Shown here: in pieces, positions 53,789 to 64,000 of the stretch
Position numbering within the stretch: the stretch's first letter is position 1
Layout: each line of letters begins with the position of its first letter
Origin: Alphaproteobacteria bacterium
Lineage (GTDB): Bacteria; Pseudomonadota; Alphaproteobacteria; SMXQ01
Assembly: GCA_046297835.1 (NCBI GenBank)
Contig: JBKBHI010000007.1
Span: forward strand, 151,101-215,100
Direction of reading: 5' to 3'
Length of the DNA stretch: 64,000 nt
The notes under the pieces: model-generated
The model's input: the letters and a program-made list of their open reading frames with translations, nothing else
The model's database searches: none
What the model was told of the DNA's origin: nothing
Position numbers and translations under genes: made by a program

Positions 53789-54847
53789 TCAGCGCATGTT
53801 GCCGAGGATGCTGGAGCGGTTGTCCTGCACCTTCTTGATGAAGTTGGTCATCAGATCGAAGGCTTCGTTGCGCTTGTTGGTCAGGCTCTGCATGCGCAGC
53901 ATGTCCATCTGCTGGCTGCTGTTCAGGCTGTCGATCTGGCCCTTGAGCTGCGCGATCTGCAAGTCGAGCTTTTGCGCCCGCTCCAAATCGGCGCCGGCCA
54001 GGTTGGTGGGCAGCTTGGCCCGTTCGGCGTTGAGCTGTTTCACTTGCTCGTTAAATTTCGCAACATCCTGGTTGCGCTGCTGTATCGCGTCGATCTGCGA
54101 CTTGAGCTGGCTTTCGAGCAATTCGGCGCGCTGCGACTGGATCGCCATCATGGCGGATTCGAGATCCAGGCCTTGAATGTCGATGGGCGTGACGCCGCCG
54201 ATGCCGCCGATGCTCGAGCCGCGCGCGGTGGGAGCGCTGCCGGCCGGCGCGTTCGCCGCTTGCGGATTGGCGGCGAGCGCGGAAAGCGTCGCGGTCGGGA
54301 TGGCCGCGCCGGCGCGGCTGACCACCAGCACCTCGTATTGCGGCACGGCGAACTCGCGGCCGTTGAACGCGTACTTGCAGCCGTTGCCGGCGAGCTTGCC
54401 GGGCGTCACGCCGCCTTGGCTCGCGGCGCGGCAGATCGGCAGCAGCGTCTCGCCCTCGCGCGCCGCCATGAACGCGCCCGGCGGCTTTTGGCCGTTTTGC
54501 GCCGGCACCCAGCGGACGAATTGCGGATTCTGCGCCAGCGCGGCGCTGTTGCCGAGCAGCAGATCGTAAGCCGGCAGGCTGACTTCCGCGCCGCCATGGC
54601 CGAAGGCGCAATTTCCGCCGACGACCCGGCCGATTTCGCGCGCGCCTTGATGGCTCGCGGCGCATAGCGCGGTGGGCCGGCCCTGCTCCATGCCGCCCGG
54701 AAGGGCGTTGGCGGGAATCGGCTGGCCGGCGCGCGCGGCCTGCCAGATGACCAGCGTGTCGTCCGCCGGAGCCTGCGCTTGGACAGCGGCGGGCCAGAGA
54801 ACGAGCGCGCCGGCGACGGCGGCGGACAGGAACGCGGGCTTGGTCAT
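53789..54847 (-). CDS. Secreted fusion: signal peptide, two DM9/DUF3421-like repeats, C-terminal Bsp22-like T3SS tip-filament domain
   Basis: Signal peptide ending AVQA; two W...G..P..A...G.E.G....C.....G....G....C.....G.E....Y.(V/L)L repeats; C-terminus QRAELL...QQMDMLRMQSLTNKRNEAFDLMTNF...SSILGNMR. ATG 54847 follows GAGGGG. Confidence 0.72.
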   Translation of the reverse strand: MTKPAFLSAAVAGALVLWPAAVQAQAPADDTLVIWQAARAGQPIPANALPGGMEQGRPTALCAASHQGAREIGRVVGGNCAFGHGGAEVSLPAYDLLLGNSAALAQNPQFVRWVPAQNGQKPPGAFMAAREGETLLPICRAASQGGVTPGKLAGNGCKYAFNGREFAVPQYEVLVVSRAGAAIPTATLSALAANPQAANAPAGSAPTARGSSIGGIGGVTPIDIQGLDLESAMMAIQSQRAELLESQLKSQIDAIQQRNQDVAKFNEQVKQLNAERAKLPTNLAGADLERAQKLDLQIAQLKGQIDSLNSSQQMDMLRMQSLTNKRNEAFDLMTNFIKKVQDNRSSILGNMR

Positions 54848-54996
54848 CGGATTCCCCTCGGGTTGCAGCGAGCGCCGCGTACGACAAACGCGCCGCATCT
54901 CGCGCAGATATAGCCAACTCCGGCGGGCGGCGCTGGAATTTTTCACGGGGATTTGAGCGATCGCGTGCCGGTTCAAGGCGCGTTTGGCGCGTCTTC

Positions 54997-55203
54997 TTAA
55001 CGCGCCTTGGGCGCGTCTTCCGGGGAGGGCTTGTCGAGCTGCTTGCCGTCGAGGTCGCGGCGGTCGCGCTCGAATTCGGCGACCTGGCGCGTTTTCTCGT
55101 CCTTGGCGCGGCCGAAGCGGACGCGATTCTCGTCCGCCTTCTTCGCCGAAGCGGCGCGCGCCCGCTGCTTGCGGAACTGGTTGAGATTGACGACGTCGCC
55201 CAT
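54997..55203 (-). CDS. DUF4169 family small protein
   Basis: M.DVVNLNQFRKQRAR......ADENR.RFGR.K.E pattern; family usually near fumC and an RHH gene, as here. Confidence 0.85.
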   Translation of the reverse strand: MGDVVNLNQFRKQRARAASAKKADENRVRFGRAKDEKTRQVAEFERDRRDLDGKQLDKPSPEDAPKAR

Positions 55204-55516
55204 ACTGGCCGTCCTTACCCCGCCGAAGCGGGCTGTCTCTAGGACCGGCCGGTCAGGCGGCGGGGGCGCCGCGCGGAGGGGCCGGATCGTTGGCGTCGAC
55301 TAAATCGGCGAAAAATCGTCAAGCGGCGGGGCCGCGCCGATCGGCCCCTATCATCAAAGCGCCATATTCAGTAGGATAGATTAACGGAAACAGTCGGGAC
55401 CGCAAGTGTCCTCGCAGCTTTGCCCGCCGCCGCCGGCGCGAAGCTGTAGGGACACGACGCGCAGCGATTCCGTTTCCCCCTCATCCGCCCGTTCGGCCTT
55501 CAACCCGGTTAGCCGT

Positions 55517-58500
55517 TTGAAGAAGTTTCTGTTCGTCTTCGCCGCCGTTCTCGTGCTGTTGGTCGGCGCCGCTCTCGTCGCGCCCAGTTTCATCGACTGG
55601 ACGCGCTATCGCGACACCATCGCCGCCGAGATCGAGCGCGCCGCGGGCCGCAAAGTCGTGATCGCCGGAACCGTCGAGGCGTCGCTGCTGCCGACGCCGC
55701 GCTTGCTGCTCAACGACGCGCGCTTCGGCAACATTCCCGGCGCGTCGTCGCCGGAGATGGCGCGGCTGCGCTCGCTCGAAGCGCGCGTCGCGCTGCTGCC
55801 GCTGTTCTCCGGCCAGATCGTCGTCGAAAGCTTCGTGCTGCGCGAGCCGGTCGTCACGCTCGAAGTGCTGGCCGATGGCCGGCGCAATTGGGTGTTTGAC
55901 GCCGACCCTGCGGCGGCGCAAGCCAGTCTGTGGGACGACCAGCCGTTCGTCGCGCCCGAATCGGTGCAGTTGCAGAACGCCTCGATTACCAACGGCACGG
56001 TGATCTACCGCAACGCCCTGAACGGCGACGAGGAGCGCTTCGAGAACGTCAACGCCCGCGTGGTCGCCGACAGTCTGGCCGGCCCGTTGCGTGCCGCCGG
56101 GGAGGCGCGCGTCGGCGGCAAGCCGGCCCGCTTCACGCTCGCCGCTGGCCGCTTCGATTTCCGCCACGCCACCGCGACGCCGCTCAACGCCACGGTGGAC
56201 CTGATGGGCCCGGGCGGCAACACGCTGCGCGGCGCGCTCGCGTTCAACGGCACGGCGCAGTTCGCCCCGGGGCTGAAACTGTCGGGCAAGGCGCGGCTCG
56301 GCGGCGCCGATTTCGCCGCCGCGCTCGCCAGCTTCGGCCCGACCGGCGAATTGCCGGGATTGCTCGGTCAGCCGTTCAGCCTGGAAGGCAAGCTGACGAC
56401 GGACGGCGACAAGGCGGATATCGAGGGCCTGGTGGCCCAACTCGGCGAAGTGCGCAGCCAGGGCAAGGCCGCGCTGACGTTCGTCGGCCCGCGCGACGGC
56501 AAGCCGCAACTCGATCTGGCGCTGACCTTCGGCTACATCGATCTCGACGCTTGGCTCGACATGCCGCCGCGCGCCGGCGAGGCGCGCAAGGGCGGCGGGC
56601 TGCTGCCTGCCGGCATCCGCCTGTCGCTCGAAACCTCGGCCGAGGCGATCAACTACCGCAAGGGCCTGTTCCGCCAGATCAAGGCGTCGGCCGAACTGGC
56701 CGATGGCGCGGCGACGCTGCGCCAGCTCACCCTTCAAGCGCCGGGCGGCACCGATGCGACGCTCGACGGCCGCCTCGTCGCCGAAGCGAATATGCCGCCG
56801 CGCTTCGACGGCCGCATCGACATGGCCTCCGACGATTTCCGCAATCTGCTCGGCTGGGCCGGCGTCAATGCCAAAAGCCTGCCGGCCGGGCGGCTCAACA
56901 AGCTGACGGCGACGGGCCGCATCGGCCTCGGCGTCGAGACGCTGGAACTGAGCGATCTCGACCTGCGCTTCGATTCGACCAAGCTGACCGGTGGCATTGT
57001 CGCCGCGCTCCGCGCGCGCCCGGCCTTCGGCGCGAATCTCGCCGTCGACCAGATCAATTTCGACGCCTATCTGCCAGACGGCGCGGCCGGCGGCCTGCCG
57101 CTGACGGCGGAGACGGGGGCGAGCTTTGATGCCAACATCCTGCTGCGCGCGGGCCAGTTCGTGTGGCGGCAGGTGCCGTTGCGCGATCTCGCGCTCGACG
57201 GCACCCTGGATGCCGGCAATCTGACGTTGCGCAAGCTGGCGGCCGGCGTCGGCAGCGGCGCGGGCGACGGGACCTTCTCGCTGACCGGCGAGGTCAAGGC
57301 GATCGCCGCCAAGCCGGCGGTCGCGCTCGACATCGCCGCCGAAGCGAAAGACCCGGCCGCGCTTTACCGTCTCGCCGGCATCGAGATGCCGCCCGTCCTG
57401 CCCGGCGGCCTCAAGCTCGCCGCGCGCGTCGAAAGCGACGCCAAGGGCTACCGCTTCCCCAAGATCGACGCGTCCCTCGGCGGCAACGCGATCGCCGGCG
57501 CGGCGGCGCTAGCGCTCGACGGGGCGCGGCCGAAGCTCAGCGGCAAGCTGTCGCTCGGCGCGATCGACACGGCGGCGCTGTTCGGGGTCGATGGCCGTCC
57601 GAATGCGCCGTGGTCGGACGCGCCGCTGGCGCTCTATCTGTTCGGCTTCGCCGACGCCGAACTCGATCTCGCGGCCAAGACGCTGACGCACAAGACCTGG
57701 CGCGTCGCCGACGCCGGCGCGCGCGTCACGGCGGCGAACGGCGCGCTCGCGGTCGAGGGCCTGTCGGGCAAGCTGCTTGGCGGCGATCTGGCGCTGAGCG
57801 CCCGTCTCGCGCCGGCGGAGAGCGGCGCGGCGCTCGAAGGCAGCTTCGCCTTGGCCGGCGCGAGCGTGCCGCAGGGACTGCTCGCCAGCAAGAGCTTCGA
57901 TCTCGCCGGCGGCAAGCTCGATCTCGCCATGGAGTTCGCCGCGCGCGGCGCGAGCGAGGCGGGCCTGATCGCCGGCCTCGCCGGCAAGGGCCAATACGGC
58001 TTGCAGGGCGCGACGCTGCGCGGCGTCGATCTCGCCGCCGCCGCCAAGCGTATGCCCGCGGTCGTCGCGCCGGCCGACGTGCAGGCGGCGCTCAGGACGG
58101 CGCTCGCCGGCAACGGCAAGCTCGCCTCTCTCGACGGCAGCTTCACGTTGGAGAACGGCGTGGCGGCGACTGACGATCTCGTCATGCAGATCGAAGGCGC
58201 GAAGGGCGAGGGCGAGATTCGCGCCAATCTCGCCGACTGGACGATCGAGGGCGTCATCGATTTCAAGCTCGACGGCGACGCAGCGGCTCCGCCGGCGCAA
58301 TTGCGGCTCGTCGGCCCGCTCGGCGCGGCGAGCAAAAGCTTCGACAGCGCCGCGCTACAGGCCCATGCGCTCGAACGCGCGGCCAAGATCGAGGCGGAGC
58401 GTCAGGCCAAGGTCGAAGCGGAGCGGCGCGCCGCCGCCGAGCGCGCCGCGCAGCAGCGTTTGCAACAGCAACAGCAGCAATCGGCTCCGCCCACCGCGCC

Positions 58501-58609
58501 GCCGCCGCGTCCGCAAGCGCCCGCCGCGGCCCCGTCGGCCAATGGCGCGCCGGCGCCGAGCGGCGACAGTTTCATCAACGACGTGTTGCAGGGCTTGCCG
58601 GCGAGATAG
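55517..58609 (+). CDS. AsmA family protein
   Basis: N-terminal anchor LKKFLF...APSFIDW..YR..I...GR.V.I.G...LLPTP, repeating beta-groove segments, C-terminal AsmA_2-like region, Gln/Pro tail. TTG start at 55517 is inferred. Confidence 0.88.
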   Translation: MKKFLFVFAAVLVLLVGAALVAPSFIDWTRYRDTIAAEIERAAGRKVVIAGTVEASLLPTPRLLLNDARFGNIPGASSPEMARLRSLEARVALLPLFSGQIVVESFVLREPVVTLEVLADGRRNWVFDADPAAAQASLWDDQPFVAPESVQLQNASITNGTVIYRNALNGDEERFENVNARVVADSLAGPLRAAGEARVGGKPARFTLAAGRFDFRHATATPLNATVDLMGPGGNTLRGALAFNGTAQFAPGLKLSGKARLGGADFAAALASFGPTGELPGLLGQPFSLEGKLTTDGDKADIEGLVAQLGEVRSQGKAALTFVGPRDGKPQLDLALTFGYIDLDAWLDMPPRAGEARKGGGLLPAGIRLSLETSAEAINYRKGLFRQIKASAELADGAATLRQLTLQAPGGTDATLDGRLVAEANMPPRFDGRIDMASDDFRNLLGWAGVNAKSLPAGRLNKLTATGRIGLGVETLELSDLDLRFDSTKLTGGIVAALRARPAFGANLAVDQINFDAYLPDGAAGGLPLTAETGASFDANILLRAGQFVWRQVPLRDLALDGTLDAGNLTLRKLAAGVGSGAGDGTFSLTGEVKAIAAKPAVALDIAAEAKDPAALYRLAGIEMPPVLPGGLKLAARVESDAKGYRFPKIDASLGGNAIAGAAALALDGARPKLSGKLSLGAIDTAALFGVDGRPNAPWSDAPLALYLFGFADAELDLAAKTLTHKTWRVADAGARVTAANGALAVEGLSGKLLGGDLALSARLAPAESGAALEGSFALAGASVPQGLLASKSFDLAGGKLDLAMEFAARGASEAGLIAGLAGKGQYGLQGATLRGVDLAAAAKRMPAVVAPADVQAALRTALAGNGKLASLDGSFTLENGVAATDDLVMQIEGAKGEGEIRANLADWTIEGVIDFKLDGDAAAPPAQLRLVGPLGAASKSFDSAALQAHALERAAKIEAERQAKVEAERRAAAERAAQQRLQQQQQQSAPPTAPPPRPQAPAAAPSANGAPAPSGDSFINDVLQGLPAR

Positions 58610-58615
58610 GGCGGT

Positions 58616-58866
58616 TCAGCCGTTCGCTTTCGCGCGCAACCGGTCGAGCACGTAAAGGCGGATGGCGCTGGAGAGGTTGCCGCCGCGCGCCGTGTCGATC
58701 TCCTCGATCAGCTTGCCGAGCGGCATGTTCTTCTCGGCGGCAGCGGCGCGCAGCTCGTCCCAGAAAGCTTCTTCGAGCGATACGCTGGTCTTATGGCCGG
58801 CGATCAGCACCGAGCGTTTGCGCACTCGGCTGTCCCGGCGCGTCTCTTCGTTCACGCTTTCGGGGC

Positions 58867-58870
<4 letters not shown>
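58616..58870 (-). CDS. Ribbon-helix-helix (RHH_4) domain protein
   Basis: [20 protein letters not shown]......[11 protein letters not shown]; ATGA overlap with fumC. Confidence 0.9.
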
Positions 58871-60275
<1,405 letters not shown>

Positions 60276-60279
<4 letters not shown>

Positions 60280-60695
60280 GGCCTGGATTTAACCACGCGC
60301 GTGGCGGGGCGTCTCGCGGCTTTCGCGCTTTGGCTGTTGGCCCGTTTCGCTTTGGCTTGTTTGGTCTTTTGTGCGCCGCGCGCGGCGATCACGCCGAGTT
60401 CCAGCCACGGCATGATGGCCCGCGCGTGCAGCGTGCTGCGCGGCGGCGCTTCGTAATAGGACGTGACCATCTCCTTCGCGCCGCGCATGAAGCTGAACGG
60501 CTTGCCGCCGACGCGCTCGAAGCGCACACGCGTCTCGGCGTCGGTCTTGAAATAGAGCCGGTCCTTCGCGATCAGCGCGAACATCAGCCCGTCGAGATAG
60601 AGCCCGTAGCCCCCGAACATGGCGCGCGCGCGGATGTCGCCGTGCGGCGCGAGCAGCGCGAGCACGCGCTCGACGAACTTGGTCTTCTGCGGCAT
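60276..60695 (-). CDS. TfoX/Sxy N-terminal domain protein
   Basis: [17 protein letters not shown]....LYFK, G..PF.F, SYY; basic tail. Confidence 0.9.
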
Positions 60696-60830
60696 CGATG
60701 CGGTCCCGTTGATAGGCTTGAGCGATGGGCCGATAGGTCGTCACGATATGGCTGTCATTGCGAGGCTTTTGGTTGCCGTCGCGCGTCGCGCTGTTAGTTT
60801 AGCGCCAATTTCAAAATCTGGGAGATCGTC

Positions 60831-61844
60831 ATGATCGCGCGTTTCGCCGTTACCGCCGCCGCTGCCGCCCTTTGTCTCGCCGCGCCCGCCGCCGCGCAGG
60901 ATGTCGCCGGCTTCTACAAGGGGAAGCAGATCGTCGTGCTGGTCGGCACCGGCCCCGGCACCACCTACGACATTTACGCCCACACGCTGGCCGAGCATAT
61001 GGGCCGGCACCTGCCGGGCGCGCCGAACTTCATCGTCCAGGGCATCCCCGGCGCGGGCGGCGCGAAGGCGGCGCAGATGCTTTACAACACGGTGGCGAAA
61101 GACGGCACGTATCTCGCCGTGCTGCAGCCGAACCTCGTGCTGTCGGCGGTGCTCGACGAGCAGAAGCCGCTGTTCGAATACGCCAAGTTCGGCCAGATCG
61201 GCGGCTTCGCGGCGGTCAACGGCATGCTGAGCGTCTGGACCAAAGCGCCGGCGACGACGCTGGAGGACGCCAAGAAGGTCGAGCTGTTCATGGGCACCAC
61301 CGGCCCGGGTTCGGACACCTACCAAGCGCCCAAGCTCGCCAACGCGCTGCTCGGCACCAAGTTCAAGGTGCTGTCGGGCTACAAGGACGTCGGCGAGATG
61401 GAACTGGCGATGGAGCGCGGCGAGCTGCACGGCCGCGGCGGCTCGGTCCTGTCCTGGACCTCGCGCAAGCCCGATTGGATCAGCGGCGCCAAGATCGCCT
61501 TCCTGTTCCAGATGGGCCCCAAGGCCGACCCGGCGATCCCGAACGTGCCGCTGCTGCAAGATTTGGTGCAAGGCGCGGACGCCAAGCAGATCGTCGCCTT
61601 CTTCAACGCGCCGACGGCGCTCGGGCGCGGCGTGATGACGACGCCGAACGTGCCGGCCGAGCGCTTGAAGGCGCTGCGCGACGCCTTCGCCGCGACGATG
61701 AAGGACGCGAGATTCCTGGCCGACGCGAAGACGCGCATCCTCGACATCGACCCGCTGACCGCCGAGGAATTGGAGAAGACGGTGGCCGAGGCGACGAGCC
61801 TGACGCCGGAACTGGCCGCCAAGGCGCGCGAGACGCAAAAGTAA
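60831..61844 (+). CDS. Bug/TctC family substrate-binding protein (6 of 6)
   Basis: Signal peptide ending AAA, GTGPGTTYD, PGAGG, GY......LAMERGELHGR. Confidence 0.9.
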   Translation: MIARFAVTAAAAALCLAAPAAAQDVAGFYKGKQIVVLVGTGPGTTYDIYAHTLAEHMGRHLPGAPNFIVQGIPGAGGAKAAQMLYNTVAKDGTYLAVLQPNLVLSAVLDEQKPLFEYAKFGQIGGFAAVNGMLSVWTKAPATTLEDAKKVELFMGTTGPGSDTYQAPKLANALLGTKFKVLSGYKDVGEMELAMERGELHGRGGSVLSWTSRKPDWISGAKIAFLFQMGPKADPAIPNVPLLQDLVQGADAKQIVAFFNAPTALGRGVMTTPNVPAERLKALRDAFAATMKDARFLADAKTRILDIDPLTAEELEKTVAEATSLTPELAAKARETQK

Positions 61845-61846
61845 GC

Positions 61847-62473
61847 TTAGGCCAAATCCTCTAGATAGCCGGCCACGGCCGTCGCGGCTTCATCGAGCGT
61901 TTCGGCCTCGCTGCGGCCCGACGCCTTGGTCGGCTTGAAGGAATGGTCGCCGTCGCCGATCCAGTAAATTTGGATCGCCGGCGGCAGCGCCACGGCGCGC
62001 ACCGTCTCCGGCCCGCCGAACGTGTCGCGCGTGCCCTGCACGATGATCGCCGGCAGGCGCATGCGCAGCAGATGCGAGGTGCGCAGCACGTCGGGCTTGC
62101 CCGGCGGATGGAACGGATAGCCGAGGCAGACGAGGCCGCGCGCGCCGGCATCCTCGGCGATCAGGCTGGCCATGCGCCCGCCCATCGACTTGCCGCCGAC
62201 CACGACCTTGTCCGCGCCGCCCAATTGCTCGATCGCCTCGCGGTAGCAGGCGATCAGCTTGTCGGAGCGGTCGGGCGGGCGCTTCTTGCCGTCGGCGCGC
62301 TTGGTCGCCATGTAGGGAAACTCGAAGCGCGCGACGCGGAGGCCGCTCTTCTTGGCGATGGCCTTCGCCATCGTCGCCATGAACGGATGGTCCATGCCGG
62401 CCCCCGCGCCATGGGCGAGCATCAGCGTGAGCGGCGCGGACTTGGGGCCGTCGAACAGGAAGTCGATGGCCAT
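61847..62473 (-). CDS. Alpha/beta hydrolase (Abhydrolase_11 / KANL3-Tex30-like)
   Basis: LAHGAGAGMDHPFM, RFEFPYM, GGKSMGGRMAS, LGYPFHPPGKP, QGTRD.FG, GDHSF. Confidence 0.9.
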   Translation of the reverse strand: MAIDFLFDGPKSAPLTLMLAHGAGAGMDHPFMATMAKAIAKKSGLRVARFEFPYMATKRADGKKRPPDRSDKLIACYREAIEQLGGADKVVVGGKSMGGRMASLIAEDAGARGLVCLGYPFHPPGKPDVLRTSHLLRMRLPAIIVQGTRDTFGGPETVRAVALPPAIQIYWIGDGDHSFKPTKASGRSEAETLDEAATAVAGYLEDLA

Positions 62474-62478
62474 GAACG

Positions 62479-64000
62479 TCAGTCCTTCGCGCCGAGCTTG
62501 GCGAAGAAGTCGTTGCCCTTGTCGTCCACCACGATGAAGGCGGGGAAGTCTTCGACTTCGATCTTCCACACCGCTTCCATGCCGAGCTCGGGATATTCGA
62601 GCACTTCGACCTTCTTGATGCAGTCTTGCGCCAGGCGCGCGGCCGGGCCGCCGGTCGAGCCGAGATAGAAGCCGCCGTATTTCTGGCAGGCTTCGCGCAC
62701 CACCGGCGAGCGGTTGCCCTTGGCGAGCATGACCAGCGAGCCGCCGGCCTTCTGGAATTCCTCGACGTAACTGTCCATGCGGCCGGCGGTGGTCGGGCCG
62801 AACGAGCCCGAGGCCATGCCCTTCGGCGTTTTCGCAGGGCCGGCGTAATAGACCGGATGGTCTTTCAGATACTGCGGCAGGCCGGCGCCCGAATCGAGGC
62901 GCTCTTTCAGTTTGGCGTGCGCGATGTCGCGCGCCACGATCAGCGTGCCGGTGAGCGAGACGCGCGTCTTGATCGGATGTTTGGTCAGGATGGCGCGGAT
63001 CTGGTCCATCGGCTGATTGAGGTCGATCTTCACGACCTCGCCGCCGAGCTTCTCTTCGTTGATGTCGGGCAGGAACTGCGCCGGATTGGTTTCGAGCTGT
63101 TCGAGGAACAGGCCGTCCTTGGTGATCTTGCCCATCACTTGGCGGTCGGCCGAGCAGGAGACGCCGATGCCGACCGGGCAGCTCGCGCCGTGGCGCGGCA
63201 GGCGGATGACGCGCACGTCATGGCAGAAATACTTGCCGCCGAACTGCGCGCCGATGCCGGTCGCTTGGGTGAGCTTGAAGATTTCCTCTTCGAGCGCGAC
63301 GTCGCGGAAGGCCTGGCCGTATTTGTTGCCCTGGCTCGGCAGGTCGTCGAGATAATGCGTGCTGGCGAGCTTGACGGTCTTGAGCGTCAATTCCGCCGAG
63401 GTGCCGCCGATGACGATGGCGAGGTGATAGGGCGGGCAGGCCGCCGTGCCGAGCGACTTGATCTTCTCGGCGACGAATTTGAGCAGCGACGCCGGATTGA
63501 GCAGCGCTTTCGTCTCTTGATAAAGATAGCTCTTGTTGGCCGAGCCGCCGCCCTTGGCGATGAATAGGAATTCGTATTCGTCGCCGGGCGTGGCGAACAG
63601 GTCGATCTGCGCCGGCAAATTGTCGCCGGTGTTGACCTCGTCGTACATGGTCAGCGGCGCCATCTGCGAATAGCGGAGATTCGATTCGGCGTAGGTGCGC
63701 TTGACGCCCTCCGAGATCGCCGCCTCGTCGTCGCCGCCGGTCCAGACGCGCTGGCCCTTCTTGCCCATGACGATCGCGGTGCCGGTGTCCTGGCACATGG
63801 GCAGCACGCCGCCCGCCGCGATGTTGGCGTTCTTCATCAGCTCGTAGGCGACGAAGCGGTCGTTATCGGACGCCTCGGGATCGTCCATGATCTTGCGCAG
63901 CTGCTTGAGATGGTCGGTGCGCAGCAGATGCGAGATGTCGCGGAAGGCTTCCTTGGTCAGCGCCGTCAGCGCCTCCGGCTTCACCTTCAGCATCGTCTGG
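62479..64000 (-). CDS. fumA: Fumarate hydratase class I (Fe-S; fumA/fumB type), 5' end outside the window
   Basis: [56 protein letters not shown]. fumA versus fumB cannot be resolved. Confidence 0.95.
   Translation of the reverse strand, partial: QTMLKVKPEALTALTKEAFRDISHLLRTDHLKQLRKIMDDPEASDNDRFVAYELMKNANIAAGGVLPMCQDTGTAIVMGKKGQRVWTGGDDEAAISEGVKRTYAESNLRYSQMAPLTMYDEVNTGDNLPAQIDLFATPGDEYEFLFIAKGGGSANKSYLYQETKALLNPASLLKFVAEKIKSLGTAACPPYHLAIVIGGTSAELTLKTVKLASTHYLDDLPSQGNKYGQAFRDVALEEEIFKLTQATGIGAQFGGKYFCHDVRVIRLPRHGASCPVGIGVSCSADRQVMGKITKDGLFLEQLETNPAQFLPDINEEKLGGEVVKIDLNQPMDQIRAILTKHPIKTRVSLTGTLIVARDIAHAKLKERLDSGAGLPQYLKDHPVYYAGPAKTPKGMASGSFGPTTAGRMDSYVEEFQKAGGSLVMLAKGNRSPVVREACQKYGGFYLGSTGGPAARLAQDCIKKVEVLEYPELGMEAVWKIEVEDFPAFIVVDDKGNDFFAKLGAKD

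Noticed and set aside
54900-54920. Sigma54 promoter upstream of the DM9-Bsp22 gene
   Set aside because: GG-N10-GC spacing is present but the TTGC half is not; the same bases fit a GCTANAWC-type -10 better.
53700-55300. Possible type III secretion locus around the Bsp22-like gene
   Set aside because: No ATPase, export apparatus, secretin, needle or chaperone genes in the window; the neighbours are DUF4169, AsmA and fumC.

Overview
High-GC (roughly 68% by eye) alphaproteobacterial chromosome segment, Rhodospirillales-like by gene order. Core content: TPP riboswitch-thiC, uvrD-prmA, aminopeptidase P, a complete dcw cluster on the minus strand (mraZ-rsmH-ftsL-ftsI-murE-murF-mraY-murD-ftsW-murG-murC-murB-ddl-ftsQ-ftsA-ftsZ-lpxC, then bamD-recN-ligA), RNase P RNA, an amidase, AsmA, and both class II and class I fumarases. 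Accessory content: (1) a LysR-linked catabolic cluster at about 6.0-12.6 kb made of divergent enzymes (CADD/PqqC-like, SDR, M29/NicX-fold, VOC, NahE-like aldolase); (2) a 2.5 kb insertion between lpxC and bamD; (3) six orphan Bug/TctC binding proteins; (4) a DUF1127 gene with a candidate 3'UTR sRNA; (5) a Fur-box-preceded hypothetical gene. The most striking item is an orphan gene at 53789-54847 that appears to fuse a Sec signal peptide and two DM9-like lectin repeats to a Bsp22-like type III secretion tip-filament domain, with no T3SS genes in the window. Family assignments come from motif recognition and remembered reference sequences, not database searches. No tRNA, rRNA, CRISPR array, integrase or transposase was seen.
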